DNA of 64,000 nucleotides from Limisphaerales bacterium (GTDB lineage Bacteria; Verrucomicrobiota; Verrucomicrobiia; Limisphaerales; SIBE01): NCBI GenBank assembly GCA_044225505.1, contig JBGAIN010000012.1, positions 17,358 to 81,357 of the forward strand, read 5' to 3'. Shown piece by piece: positions 1 to 9,575 of this stretch (position 1 is its first letter; each line of letters starts with the position of its first letter). The notes under the pieces were generated by a model. It saw only the letters and a program-made list of their open reading frames with translations, ran no database searches and was not told where the DNA came from. The position numbers and the translations under genes were made by a program.

Positions 1-785
1 TCAAGCTTCTCGTTGCGGAAGATGCGGAAGGCAGCGTCGCGCGTGCGGAATCCCTGGATGATCGCGGCGGCGCGTTGGCGGAAGACCTCTCGCTCAGCCT
101 GAATGCGATCCCCCTCAGCTTGTGCGGTGCGGTAGGCTCGCTGCGCATTGTCGAGTTCTTGCAGAGCTGAGTTGATGGCCATCATCTGGTCGTTGCACTT
201 GTAGACCTTCGCCCGCATCTCTCCCGTCGCATCGCGGAGTTCCTGTTTCCATTCCTCGTCCTCAATGCCCAATTCGGAGAAACGCTCCAGCTGCTGATTG
301 GCGAGTTCGAGCGCCCCAATCACGGCCGCCGTGCCGACTTTTTTCCACTCCGTGACTTCCTTGAACACGTATCCAACCTTGCTAAGCGCGGCGCGCGCGG
401 CCGAGGTCATATCCCCACCGGCCGCCAAACCCGCGATCAAGGAGGTCGGAATGCCTTTTTCGATTGTGAGCGTATTGATGTGAATCTGATTGGCGGTCAC
501 TTCCAGGGTCTTGTCGACCAACTCCGCGGCATACTTGCCTGCTTCGAGCACCGTCTGCGCAGTCGAAATGCCAATCTTTATGTCACGGATTTTGGAGTGG
601 GATTCGACCTTGCGCTGCAGCGACAGGATGGCCCAATCGAGGTCATACTTGGCTGCGTCCGCCTGATAAAATGCGTTATAGGCTTCGTTGCGCGCTTTGG
701 CGATATCTGCGACGGCTTGCTGAATACTGCCTGGGCTGGCGCGTCGTCTGTCCGGGTCGAAGGCTTTTCGCCGCGCCGGGACAGG
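1..785 (-). CDS. Partial ORF (3' end outside window) for a helical, coiled-coil-like protein. It has no ATG near its 5' end and lies in the same frame as the upstream 2255-aa ORF.
   Basis: Manual minus-strand translation (codon starts at positions = 2 mod 3) is open from the TAA at 786-788 down to position 1. It reads ...QQAVADIAKARNEAYNAFYQADAAKYDLDWAILSLQRKVESHSKIRDIKIG...LELANQQLERFSELGIEDEEWKQELRDATGEMRAKVY...ELDNAQRAYRTAQAEGDRIQAEREVFRQRAAAIIQGFRTRDAAFRIFRNEKL. The ORF track omits it because it runs off the window edge. Confidence 0.5.
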
Positions 786-887
786 TTATACTCGACGCAG
801 AAATTCGCTTGGGCCGGGCAGTCCGTTGTCGAGCACGCCGTCCACCGGGAACCCTTTTAATGATGAAGTTGTTCCAAATCCGTTCAG

Positions 888-3800
888 TCAGTTTTTGCCG
901 CGATCTACGTTGGCCCCCTGGAGATCGATGATCTTCGAAGATTTCAACCAATCCGGCGTAAATGTCTGAACGTCGATGCGCCAAACTTTGTCGGCGGTGG
1001 GATCGAGTAGCGACCCGAACTTGAGTTCGACATTGTCGACGTACATCGAGTGCACCAGGTCAGGCCCATCGTAGCCGGCGGCGTAAGTCTTTCCCGGACC
1101 GATATCATCGGTATACGGAGTGCCGTAGAGCTCTATGAGCTGGTTCTTGAAAGCCAGTTCCTGTTGTTCAACTTCGGTACGAAAATCCGCTAGAGAATCT
1201 TGCTCGGAGCGCATTAAGCGGGTGACATCCTTGGCATCGTCAAATGCAACCACGGCATTTTTCAGCGCTCCTTTGGCTCGTTCGTAAATCTGTTCATAGT
1301 GCGCCGTGTTAACGCCATTGGCCACCGACAGCGGGTTCAGATCGAATGGAATACTGGTCGCGGGGATCCCCAGGGGAGTCAGATTCCCTTCTGCGTTATC
1401 CATCGCCGTCTGCAAACTTTCGCCAACCGCTGGCAGTTCCTTCAGCTCCGGCACGGTGCTGCGATCCACCTGCTGAATGCTGCCCGCATGGGCTAAATCT
1501 GGGTCGGCGTCTGGGAGGATCGCGTTGCCAATCACCCAATTAATGTAAGCGCCCTGCCCCGTCCGAGCCGCCCAGTGATCCGCACCCCAAAAGCGGGTCG
1601 TGGTTAAATTGCGAGTCGTCGTATTGTCTTTGGTAGCGGCGAAATGCGCCCACCCATTTCCTGTGCCCGATTTGAAATCGCGGCGCCAAGTCAGGTCGAA
1701 CACTTGCTTGCCCGTGCGTGCCACGGCCGCTGCCGCAGCTGCGAACTTGCGCTCGTCCTGGTAATCGACCGACACCGGTTTCCCGAGGATGTTCACGGCC
1801 TCGATTCGCGGAACCCAGTCAAAGTTCGGGTCCAGCAACAACCCGTAGTATCCTTTTAGTGCCGTGAGATAGTGACCATAGGCGTCGCCATGGCCTTGCG
1901 GGAAAAGCTTCTGTGCGTCCGCCGCATCCACTTTTCCATCGGTGTTTTGATCCAGAATATTATAGTTCAACGAGTAGATGACCTCTCCCGCGTCGATGCC
2001 ACGAGTAAAATTCCAAATCAACCTGTTGTAGACTGGCCTGGTCTCGACTCCTGGCAAAAGGAAATCATCCCGCCCGCGCAGCAACGCCAACTCCTCCTCT
2101 AGCAAGCTCGGAAGCTGTCCGCGGAAGGCGAAGAGCGCGGTGGCAATCTCGCCGTAGGTATTGTCTTTCGTGCCGATACCGATGGTGGGATTGGCGCCAT
2201 CCGCCCAGGCTTCGTTGCCAACCATCATGTAGAGGTCGTTGAGATAACCCGCAGCCAACAGAAGGGCGTCATTGGCCGGACCGTAATTGATGCCGCCGCC
2301 GATGCTCAGCATTTTTCCGCGGTTCAGAACTGTTTCGTAGATCTCGATCAATCCGGAGTCGTTGATTGAGTCAAGATTCAGGGCCACATCCCCTTCCCAA
2401 CGCTGTCCAGCTTGCGTGAGGATGCTGACGTCCGTATTAACTTGGTTATTGAAAAGGTCGGTGACGCGCTGATTGAATGGATTGATACCGGCCAGGACGC
2501 GCTTGATCCAACCCTCAGCCAAAGCCGGCGACGTCCATTGTGACCAACCAATGTTCACCGCACTATTGCCCGGATCACTCACCCAAGAAGCGTGCGTGTT
2601 TTGTCTGGCTTGATAACGCATGATGACATAATTGTCGGCGAGACTGCGCACATCGGCCGTGCCGCCCAGGATGGCCCGAACGCCATCCGCAAACCGGTCG
2701 GGATCCATTGGAATCCACTGTGTTGAGGTGACGTCGACAGACTCGAATGCCTCAAGACGAACGTTAAAATCCTGCAACGCATCCGGGATTGCGCCCGAGA
2801 AAAGCTCAACCGCAATAACATGGCGGCGCAGGGCGCCTGGAATCGATGTGCCGCCCGCGAGCGCCGAAGGAGCGAGTTGGTAAGCACGTTCCAGCGCGGA
2901 GAGGACACTTGGGGGCGAGGTGGTGGGGGTGTCGTTCTCCCCCAGATTCGCGAGCGCCAGCAACTGACCGTCCATATAGAGCTTCGCACCAAGAGCCGGA
3001 TTGAGGTGCATGCTCAGCCAAACCTGACTGTAGGTTTTATCTGTCGGCAGTTCGACCGTACGAAAGACAATGCTTTGTGGCAGACCCGCTTGAGGTTGTT
3101 CTGCCAATTGCACAATCTCGGCCGCAGTTGCGGTCACACTCTGGTTAGGCAGCAACTCAACGACAACGGAGTTCGCGGTCGTCGTGCCATGCACCGTTCC
3201 CAGAATTTCCTCTCCATTCGCCTTCCGCATCTTCATAGCAACCCCAGCAACCAAATGGTGCGGCGGCGTCACCGTAAAAGAATAGCGTTCCGCAGATTTG
3301 GTCACTTGGGAAAAGCTCACGGAACGGATCGCCGCAATACTCGTGTGGACGTCAGTAGCCAACCGGTCGACCGGCGTCGTGTGCACTCCCGGGCCAGTGT
3401 CCGAAGCAATCGGGAAAAGCAGATGCGACCAAGTGCCGTCGGTGACCAAAGTGCGCACCTGGTTTTCATATACCCGCGGCGGAAGGCCGTCCACGGGCGA
3501 CGCGATCAACCACTGAAACTTAAAGTCCTGGACTCGGCCCGCCAGATCGTTCACCTGCTGCATCGTCAGCTTTTCGTTGAGTGGATTCGACGAGGTGATT
3601 GGGTTGACCTCACCCCGATAAAGCGAGCTGACAACTCGAATCACTTGCATGCTCACCGGGTCGCCCTCAGGAGTGAAGGCGAGACCGTTGCCCGCCACCA
3701 ACGTGAGATAACCGGTTCCAGGTCCAACGGCGGTTAGAGCGTAGGAATCGACCGCGACATCGTCATTGGTAACTTCCGCGAGTTCGTTGTATCCGACCGT

Positions 3801-6800
3801 GACGGTGACCGGGTTATTCGGAATGAACGTCGCTGGCTTATTGGGGTTCTCAACAAAGGTTTCCATCTTGGTCTGCAAGCCGCGAATGGCCGCTTCCCAC
3901 AAGGGACGCTTTTCCGTGTCGGACGTCGGACAAAGATCAATCAATGCCGCCTCGTCTGGCGCGCTGATCACATTTAGGAAAACGTATTTATCCCCGAGCG
4001 GCGCGTCCACAAACTGCCCTTTAAACACCAGCGCGCCAAATTGCCCGCGGTTCGGGTCAAAGAAGAAGCGATCGACCAGATGTGGTGGCAGTTTGGGAAA
4101 ATAGGTTTTGCCCTTGTAAGAAGAGGTGGCCACGGACGGCGGAATCGCGCCCAGCCTACCCACGGCGGCCGGGTCGCCGAGATTAAACTGCTTCTCGCGA
4201 GTCGGGTCATGGAGAACGGCGGAGCGGCCGGAATCGCCTCGAGGTATCTGCGACTGCTGGTAGAGAACCTCCAAGCTGGTCTGCCCGCGCACTGCAGGTA
4301 GGCCGCGCTTGGGCAGCGTCAGGGTCTCGGCCATCTCGAGCACCGGCGCGTTTGGCGGCCAAACTGGACGGTACAAAATCCCTAGGGAGTTGCCGTCGCC
4401 CAGTTGGTCGTTATTGGCATTGCCAAACACCGGATCGCCTTCGTACTTGCCGGCCGCGTCGCTCAACCGACGGAGGTACGGAGTGATCGTCCCCGCTGGA
4501 GGCTGTTCTCCAAGCGTCAATGTCGGGAAGAAAAAGCCCGGCAGCGTCTTGTAGTAGAACTGCATGTACAAGCCAGCCGGAGTCTCTTCCTCGTGCGGAC
4601 CACGATAGACCCAGCGATTGCCTTTGCGGTCTTGCATGGTGAATCCAGCGTAGAAGGTACGCCGGACAGCGTCTGTGATATGGACTGGGAGCGGCTCCAG
4701 CGCGAGACGCCACGTGTTGAATTGGCCGCTCGCCCCGGTACCATCATGGAGAACAAGCCAAGTCGAATCCTTCGCCAAGGCCGGCGTCGCCACCCCGAAA
4801 TTAACCTCCACGTAGGAGAATTGCGAATTCAGCTCCGAGATAGTGCCTGTCCATTGCTGACCCGCTGCTAGCGAGGCAAGCACCACGCTATTGTTGACGG
4901 CCAAGCCCGTTGAATCCGCTAACGCGAAGCGCCACCGGTTGGCGTCGGCAGTGGGGGTCCCCGCATAGGTCGTTAACGAATAGGGGCGCCGGGAAGAGGT
5001 AACACCCGTGAGACCACGAGCCGTTACCGCCGTGGGAAAGAACCAAACCGGGGCCGCTAACGGTACAGCCGCCGGGTTTTGGAGTGCGACCGTTTCGAAT
5101 GCCTTGACATAATGAGGAGCATCCAACTCCAGGTTCCAGACGAGCGACGCGACGGCGGAGGAATTGATCGTCCAACTGAGATGCTCGGTGTTCAAACTCG
5201 CCAGCGGTTGACCGGCCAGTTTGGGCGCAAATGGCACCTCTAACAGCGGGAGCGGCATGGGCGGTTGCAGGATTGTGCCGGCTTTCACGGAATAGTCGAA
5301 GATCACACCCACGGCCGGTTTCTCGCGAAGGACTTTGAAAACAGCCATGGCGGGTCTTCCGTCGGCCTCCGTGTAGTCAACCAATACAAAAGGTTCCGAA
5401 GAATAAGTCGCGCCACTCACGATATTCAGGTCGTCCCGCAAGGCGTAGGCTTGCCCGCCTTGCATAAGCGCATGTTCCTCATTCGGATTAAATCCGGCGA
5501 GCGACCGGTCGTTCTGATAGTAAATCGAGCCTTTCGCCTGAAGGCTGGGCAACCCACCCGAGCCATCATTGCTGGCGAGCACGATCTCCGGCGGGCTGGA
5601 AGGCCACACGATGACATAACGCGCTATTACCGCCGGCCAGTAACTGTTCTTGAAACCTTCCTGGATTCGGTCGGCACTCAGGTGATTCTTCCGGAACCAG
5701 AGGATGTCCAGCTGACTCTGGCCAGGAATCGCATTCACCGGAATGATCGCGCCTTTATTTGACTCTTCGAATCCGTTGGCGAACGGATTCTTATAAGCCC
5801 CGGGATTGAACGAATTCCCGTTGGCCTCGACGATATAACCCGCCAAGTAATCCTCGCTCACCCCTGCTCCGGCTTCACCGGGAGGCGCGTTGATCCGCTG
5901 CCCCACCGACACCGTGGCGGTGAAAGTCCGGGCGACCGTGAGCGAATTGAGTTGGTCAAAAGTTTTGTTCGCACCATCCCAAGGAGTCAGCTGCGCGGCC
6001 ACCGAGTCAGCCGGGAAGGTCCCCGAACGTAAGTTGGCGTCTAACCATGAAAACACCCGTTCGAAGCGGACGCTGCCGCCAGCAGAGAACCTCAGCAAGG
6101 CGCGGTGGGCCGGATAAGCCGGAGTAAGATAACTGTAATATTCAAACTTTTCGTTGAGCTTGCCGCGGAGTTGATCGAGGGCGTCCTGGTACTGGATGAA
6201 AGGCGCGTTCTCGTTCGGAAGAGGCACCGCCGTTGCCTTGGCCTCGGCCTCGCTAGCGACGAGAGGCCGGACGTAATGGCTGTACTTTGAAACGTCGGTC
6301 GGCCACACCAGGGTGTAGCGATTGAACAAAAGCGGCCAACGCAACCCGGCGACACCTTCTTCCAGCCAATACATCTGCAGATCATTGGCGTTGCGCGTCT
6401 CGCGCGTCGCATAGTAATCGACCTTCTCGCTGCCATGTCGGTATGCGTAGGACTGGCTCGCATCCTGGATCGCGTCCGGAGTCAAATTGTTATCCGATTT
6501 CGTCGGATCGGCGTAGGCCGGAATCCTCTCGCCCAGCTCGGTCGTAATGGGTTCAGGCTTCGGCTCGCGCGCCACATCCACGATTTCAATTCCGAGATGC
6601 TCTCGGTTGCCGGACGGTTGGACGCTGCCTAGGATCTCCAGAAAGATACGTCCCTCGACGTTGTATGCGCGGATGGAGCCGAGCGTCTGGTCATACCACA
6701 GCGTGCGAAATTCATCCAATCGCTTGCTCGGATCAGGCTGAATGGTGGTCGATTGCGGAAATGACGTCGGACTGATCTTCAGAAAGTTGTTGTTATAGCG

Positions 6801-7655
6801 AATTTCGATCACACTCACGCGAGCTTGCGGCACTTCGACTGGCTTCCCCGTTTTCGTAAAGTCTCCTTCAGTCCAGAACATCTTGCGAGGTGGCTGGACA
6901 GGACTGCCCGAAACGAGATAGCGCTTGGTGAAAATGGTGTAGGTGATGCCGTTGACGCTCGCGGTGGTAACATTCGCCGGGGAACCGGCTGGGACTCCCG
7001 GAACGGCCTTTCTCCAAGGGATATTGATCGGCCCCGCCTGGATGGCGAAGACCTTGCCCTTGTGCGGACTCCAATAGAACCCGACATCACTAACATGCTC
7101 ATCAGCTGAGTACGGTTCCGCCAACCAATAAGACTCCGGCGTTGTGATTGCACGATTCGGCGTAACCGTGGTGTTGACTGTGCTCAAAAGCACCCCGTAC
7201 TCGTCCGTTTCTGGCGGCGGAACAATGGCGCCGAACTGAAAAGAGATCGCGCGACTGACGAAGGGAGCTCCCACCCGCGCGGAGAGCAGGATCGCGTGGA
7301 TCTCGTTGCCGCCCGTGCCGCGGGGAAGATTCAGATTATGCGCGTTCGCGGCAAGGCTCAGGCCAGGTTGTAGTCCCGATGATTTCGGAACGACCACGGC
7401 CCCAAACGTGACCGCACCTTGGAATTGTTTCAGCGTCCCCACGCTGCCACTGCCTGGCGCTGGCGCCCTTCCATCCGAGCCGACTGGGTTGCCCACCGTC
7501 GAAGAGAGAGGAACGCCATTCGTCTTCTGGAAGTTGTACTTAATCTGATCGAACACCAGTTCCGCGGAGGTCTGCGCGTTTGCGCGGAACTCAACGAACA
7601 CCGCACAGGCCAGCACTAACCGGGCTATAAGAGAACTTCGCATAGGGCGTTTCAC
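888..7655 (-). CDS. Giant secreted protein (2255 aa) of unknown family.
   Basis: Uninterrupted 6.8-kb ORF with an N-terminal signal peptide (MKRPMRSSLIARLVLACAVFVEFRANAQ). The sequence is non-repetitive, with a helical C-terminal third (e.g. ...LLEEELALLRGRDDF..., ...DSLADFRTEVEQQELAFKNQLIELYG...). I recognise no catalytic motif. It is the fourth gene of a co-directional cluster. Confidence 0.85.
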   Translation of the reverse strand: MKRPMRSSLIARLVLACAVFVEFRANAQTSAELVFDQIKYNFQKTNGVPLSSTVGNPVGSDGRAPAPGSGSVGTLKQFQGAVTFGAVVVPKSSGLQPGLSLAANAHNLNLPRGTGGNEIHAILLSARVGAPFVSRAISFQFGAIVPPPETDEYGVLLSTVNTTVTPNRAITTPESYWLAEPYSADEHVSDVGFYWSPHKGKVFAIQAGPINIPWRKAVPGVPAGSPANVTTASVNGITYTIFTKRYLVSGSPVQPPRKMFWTEGDFTKTGKPVEVPQARVSVIEIRYNNNFLKISPTSFPQSTTIQPDPSKRLDEFRTLWYDQTLGSIRAYNVEGRIFLEILGSVQPSGNREHLGIEIVDVAREPKPEPITTELGERIPAYADPTKSDNNLTPDAIQDASQSYAYRHGSEKVDYYATRETRNANDLQMYWLEEGVAGLRWPLLFNRYTLVWPTDVSKYSHYVRPLVASEAEAKATAVPLPNENAPFIQYQDALDQLRGKLNEKFEYYSYLTPAYPAHRALLRFSAGGSVRFERVFSWLDANLRSGTFPADSVAAQLTPWDGANKTFDQLNSLTVARTFTATVSVGQRINAPPGEAGAGVSEDYLAGYIVEANGNSFNPGAYKNPFANGFEESNKGAIIPVNAIPGQSQLDILWFRKNHLSADRIQEGFKNSYWPAVIARYVIVWPSSPPEIVLASNDGSGGLPSLQAKGSIYYQNDRSLAGFNPNEEHALMQGGQAYALRDDLNIVSGATYSSEPFVLVDYTEADGRPAMAVFKVLREKPAVGVIFDYSVKAGTILQPPMPLPLLEVPFAPKLAGQPLASLNTEHLSWTINSSAVASLVWNLELDAPHYVKAFETVALQNPAAVPLAAPVWFFPTAVTARGLTGVTSSRRPYSLTTYAGTPTADANRWRFALADSTGLAVNNSVVLASLAAGQQWTGTISELNSQFSYVEVNFGVATPALAKDSTWLVLHDGTGASGQFNTWRLALEPLPVHITDAVRRTFYAGFTMQDRKGNRWVYRGPHEEETPAGLYMQFYYKTLPGFFFPTLTLGEQPPAGTITPYLRRLSDAAGKYEGDPVFGNANNDQLGDGNSLGILYRPVWPPNAPVLEMAETLTLPKRGLPAVRGQTSLEVLYQQSQIPRGDSGRSAVLHDPTREKQFNLGDPAAVGRLGAIPPSVATSSYKGKTYFPKLPPHLVDRFFFDPNRGQFGALVFKGQFVDAPLGDKYVFLNVISAPDEAALIDLCPTSDTEKRPLWEAAIRGLQTKMETFVENPNKPATFIPNNPVTVTVGYNELAEVTNDDVAVDSYALTAVGPGTGYLTLVAGNGLAFTPEGDPVSMQVIRVVSSLYRGEVNPITSSNPLNEKLTMQQVNDLAGRVQDFKFQWLIASPVDGLPPRVYENQVRTLVTDGTWSHLLFPIASDTGPGVHTTPVDRLATDVHTSIAAIRSVSFSQVTKSAERYSFTVTPPHHLVAGVAMKMRKANGEEILGTVHGTTTANSVVVELLPNQSVTATAAEIVQLAEQPQAGLPQSIVFRTVELPTDKTYSQVWLSMHLNPALGAKLYMDGQLLALANLGENDTPTTSPPSVLSALERAYQLAPSALAGGTSIPGALRRHVIAVELFSGAIPDALQDFNVRLEAFESVDVTSTQWIPMDPDRFADGVRAILGGTADVRSLADNYVIMRYQARQNTHASWVSDPGNSAVNIGWSQWTSPALAEGWIKRVLAGINPFNQRVTDLFNNQVNTDVSILTQAGQRWEGDVALNLDSINDSGLIEIYETVLNRGKMLSIGGGINYGPANDALLLAAGYLNDLYMMVGNEAWADGANPTIGIGTKDNTYGEIATALFAFRGQLPSLLEEELALLRGRDDFLLPGVETRPVYNRLIWNFTRGIDAGEVIYSLNYNILDQNTDGKVDAADAQKLFPQGHGDAYGHYLTALKGYYGLLLDPNFDWVPRIEAVNILGKPVSVDYQDERKFAAAAAAVARTGKQVFDLTWRRDFKSGTGNGWAHFAATKDNTTTRNLTTTRFWGADHWAARTGQGAYINWVIGNAILPDADPDLAHAGSIQQVDRSTVPELKELPAVGESLQTAMDNAEGNLTPLGIPATSIPFDLNPLSVANGVNTAHYEQIYERAKGALKNAVVAFDDAKDVTRLMRSEQDSLADFRTEVEQQELAFKNQLIELYGTPYTDDIGPGKTYAAGYDGPDLVHSMYVDNVELKFGSLLDPTADKVWRIDVQTFTPDWLKSSKIIDLQGANVDRGKN

Positions 7656-7726
7656 TAGGATTGGAGTCTCTCGTCAGAAGAAAACTCTCGCTCGGATTGA
7701 GTTGAGTCCTCAACTATCCGGTCGCT

Positions 7727-9409
7727 CTACTTGGTTGCTCGAGTCAGCGCCGGGTTCGCCAAACGGCTCCTGAGTTCTTGATTGTCACGAACCACTTCAG
7801 CAAGTTGCGCCCGCATCTCGCTCAGCTCGGCGTCGTATTTCGCTTTGAGCTCTTGCACAGACTTAAGAGCGATCAGGGCAAAGTCTCCGTAGCCCACTTG
7901 GAGAACTTTTTCCCCAGGAGAATCGCTGCCTGCGCGTGTCGGGAGTTCAATCTCGCTCACCATATGCGGGAACAACGGCTGGACTTCCTGCGCTACCACA
8001 CCCAGCTTGTGGGTCGCCGTCTCCGGATCTTCCTTCCACCGATAGCGACGCACCTGAACTTTCATGGCGCGATCCAACATGGGTTCCGCGTCCACAATGT
8101 CCTTCTTGAGCTTGCGATCCGAACTGAAATCCCAGTTGGAATCTCCATCGTAGGTCGCCGCCCGGTTAGGCCCAGACCAAAGGCTGTTGTTCAGCTGAAT
8201 GTAGGCGTAGTTTACCCAACGCCCGAACTCGACATAGTTGGCGCCGTTATCAATCCGAATGCGCGCCTGGTTCACATCAGGTGTGCCTAACGACAACAGG
8301 TAGGGCGGATTGCGCGTGCCAATACCAACCCTGCCGCCATCCGGATTGAGAGACAGGTCAGACCAGGCATTAAGCGCGCCATTATGCGCCCCAATGCTCG
8401 CTCGCCCACCCAAGTTGCCCGCCACCACGGCGTCAGTGCCATCGCTGCCGCGCACGGTGAGCGACCGCCAAATCGAACCGTTAACATCCAACGACGAGGC
8501 CGGATTCGCGGTTCCGATGCCTACACTCCCAATAAACTGCGCCCCGCCCTGCGCGTGAAAATTGATTTTTCGGCTATTGACGTTTGCACCCGCGCCCACG
8601 ATGTCCAAGGCGCCCGCCGCGCCTCCCGAAAACGTTCCATATCCAATCTTGCCGTTGTTCGCTTCTTTCGGAGAAACGTCCGCACCGAACTCCAGAAAAT
8701 TGAAGCCGTTGATTTTGACAGGACCGGAGAATGTACGGGTCCCATCCAGCGTGCTGGGGACTTGGCTAGCGGTCAGTCCGGTGAGTCCGCCACTGGCGTT
8801 AATCGCACCCGTGGTGCTCAATGGACCGGCCACATTAAGGCCGCCATCGACGTTGACGCTGCCACCGACGAGGTTGACGTAGGGTACCCCGGTCGAGGAA
8901 TTGACAAGCTGTGTGGCTTGCGACGCCAGAAACGCATACGGCGCTGGGAGGAGCCGGAGCCGTGGCTGAATCACCACGGGATTGCCGCTCATCGTGACGG
9001 TTAACTCCAAGTAGCGGGCATCGGCAGTCGGCCCCGCGAAAACCGCCGGCAAGCCACCCGCGGGGTTATTCTCGCCGGTGATAGCCGTGCCTTCACCCAA
9101 AATCACACTGAAATTGCCTTTATCGATGGTGACCACCTGTTCTTCAGACCAGATTCGCGCCCCACCTTCGGATTCTTCATAGATGCGGAACTTCACCGGA
9201 AAGTTCTGCGGCTGGGTATTTCCTAGGGGTGTGCCGGAACTGTCTACCAAGTGACCTTGGTAAGTCATTCGGTTGGGAGGCACGCTCGTGGCACGAGCAG
9301 GATCCATCAGAGATGGCCCAACCGCACCCACCAGGAGTGCGAGAACCGCCATCCGGATGGCGCCGGGCATTTTGACGTTGATGAGAGAGCTGGCATTGGT
9401 GGTTTTCAT
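7727..9409 (-). CDS. Secreted tail-fibre-domain protein with a C-terminal peptidase S74 (endosialidase-type) intramolecular chaperone domain.
   Basis: Signal or anchor region at the N-terminus (AIRMAVLALLVGAVGPSLMDPARA). A Gly-rich beta-helix-like middle (GGSVNVDGGLNVAGPLSTTGAINASGGLTGL). The C-terminus SSDRKLKKDIVDAEPMLDRAMKVQVRRYRWKED...HKLGVVAQEVQPLFPHMV...VGYGDFALIALKSVQELKAKYDAEL matches the SDxRxK...GxxAQEV hallmark of the S74 chaperone domain (about 7730-8122). Confidence 0.85.
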   Translation of the reverse strand: MKTTNASSLINVKMPGAIRMAVLALLVGAVGPSLMDPARATSVPPNRMTYQGHLVDSSGTPLGNTQPQNFPVKFRIYEESEGGARIWSEEQVVTIDKGNFSVILGEGTAITGENNPAGGLPAVFAGPTADARYLELTVTMSGNPVVIQPRLRLLPAPYAFLASQATQLVNSSTGVPYVNLVGGSVNVDGGLNVAGPLSTTGAINASGGLTGLTASQVPSTLDGTRTFSGPVKINGFNFLEFGADVSPKEANNGKIGYGTFSGGAAGALDIVGAGANVNSRKINFHAQGGAQFIGSVGIGTANPASSLDVNGSIWRSLTVRGSDGTDAVVAGNLGGRASIGAHNGALNAWSDLSLNPDGGRVGIGTRNPPYLLSLGTPDVNQARIRIDNGANYVEFGRWVNYAYIQLNNSLWSGPNRAATYDGDSNWDFSSDRKLKKDIVDAEPMLDRAMKVQVRRYRWKEDPETATHKLGVVAQEVQPLFPHMVSEIELPTRAGSDSPGEKVLQVGYGDFALIALKSVQELKAKYDAELSEMRAQLAEVVRDNQELRSRLANPALTRATK

Positions 9410-9575
9410 GGGCTCGAGCGGCGGTTGATGACTCTTAAATTAGACTGCACGGGTTTCAGCGACCCCTTGAATCCGATTCGATAAACGGCGACTTCGACTC
9501 CTTCGCCCACCAAGATTGACGGGCCGGATTTTGTTACGGTCGTTCCTACGCATAAAATTTTGAGGGTGACTTGGT

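Noticed and set aside
2820-3737. A 305-aa plus-strand ORF, with many other 60-170-aa ORFs, inside the 2255-aa gene.
   Set aside because: They are antisense or off-frame to a far longer, signal-peptide-bearing ORF. Their Arg/Gly/His-rich composition is typical of spurious ORFs in GC-rich DNA.
7727-9409. The tail-fibre domain as evidence of a prophage.
   Set aside because: No integrase, capsid, terminase, tail-tube, sheath or baseplate genes lie within 13 kb. The protein has its own Sec signal peptide and sits in an operon of signal-peptide proteins.
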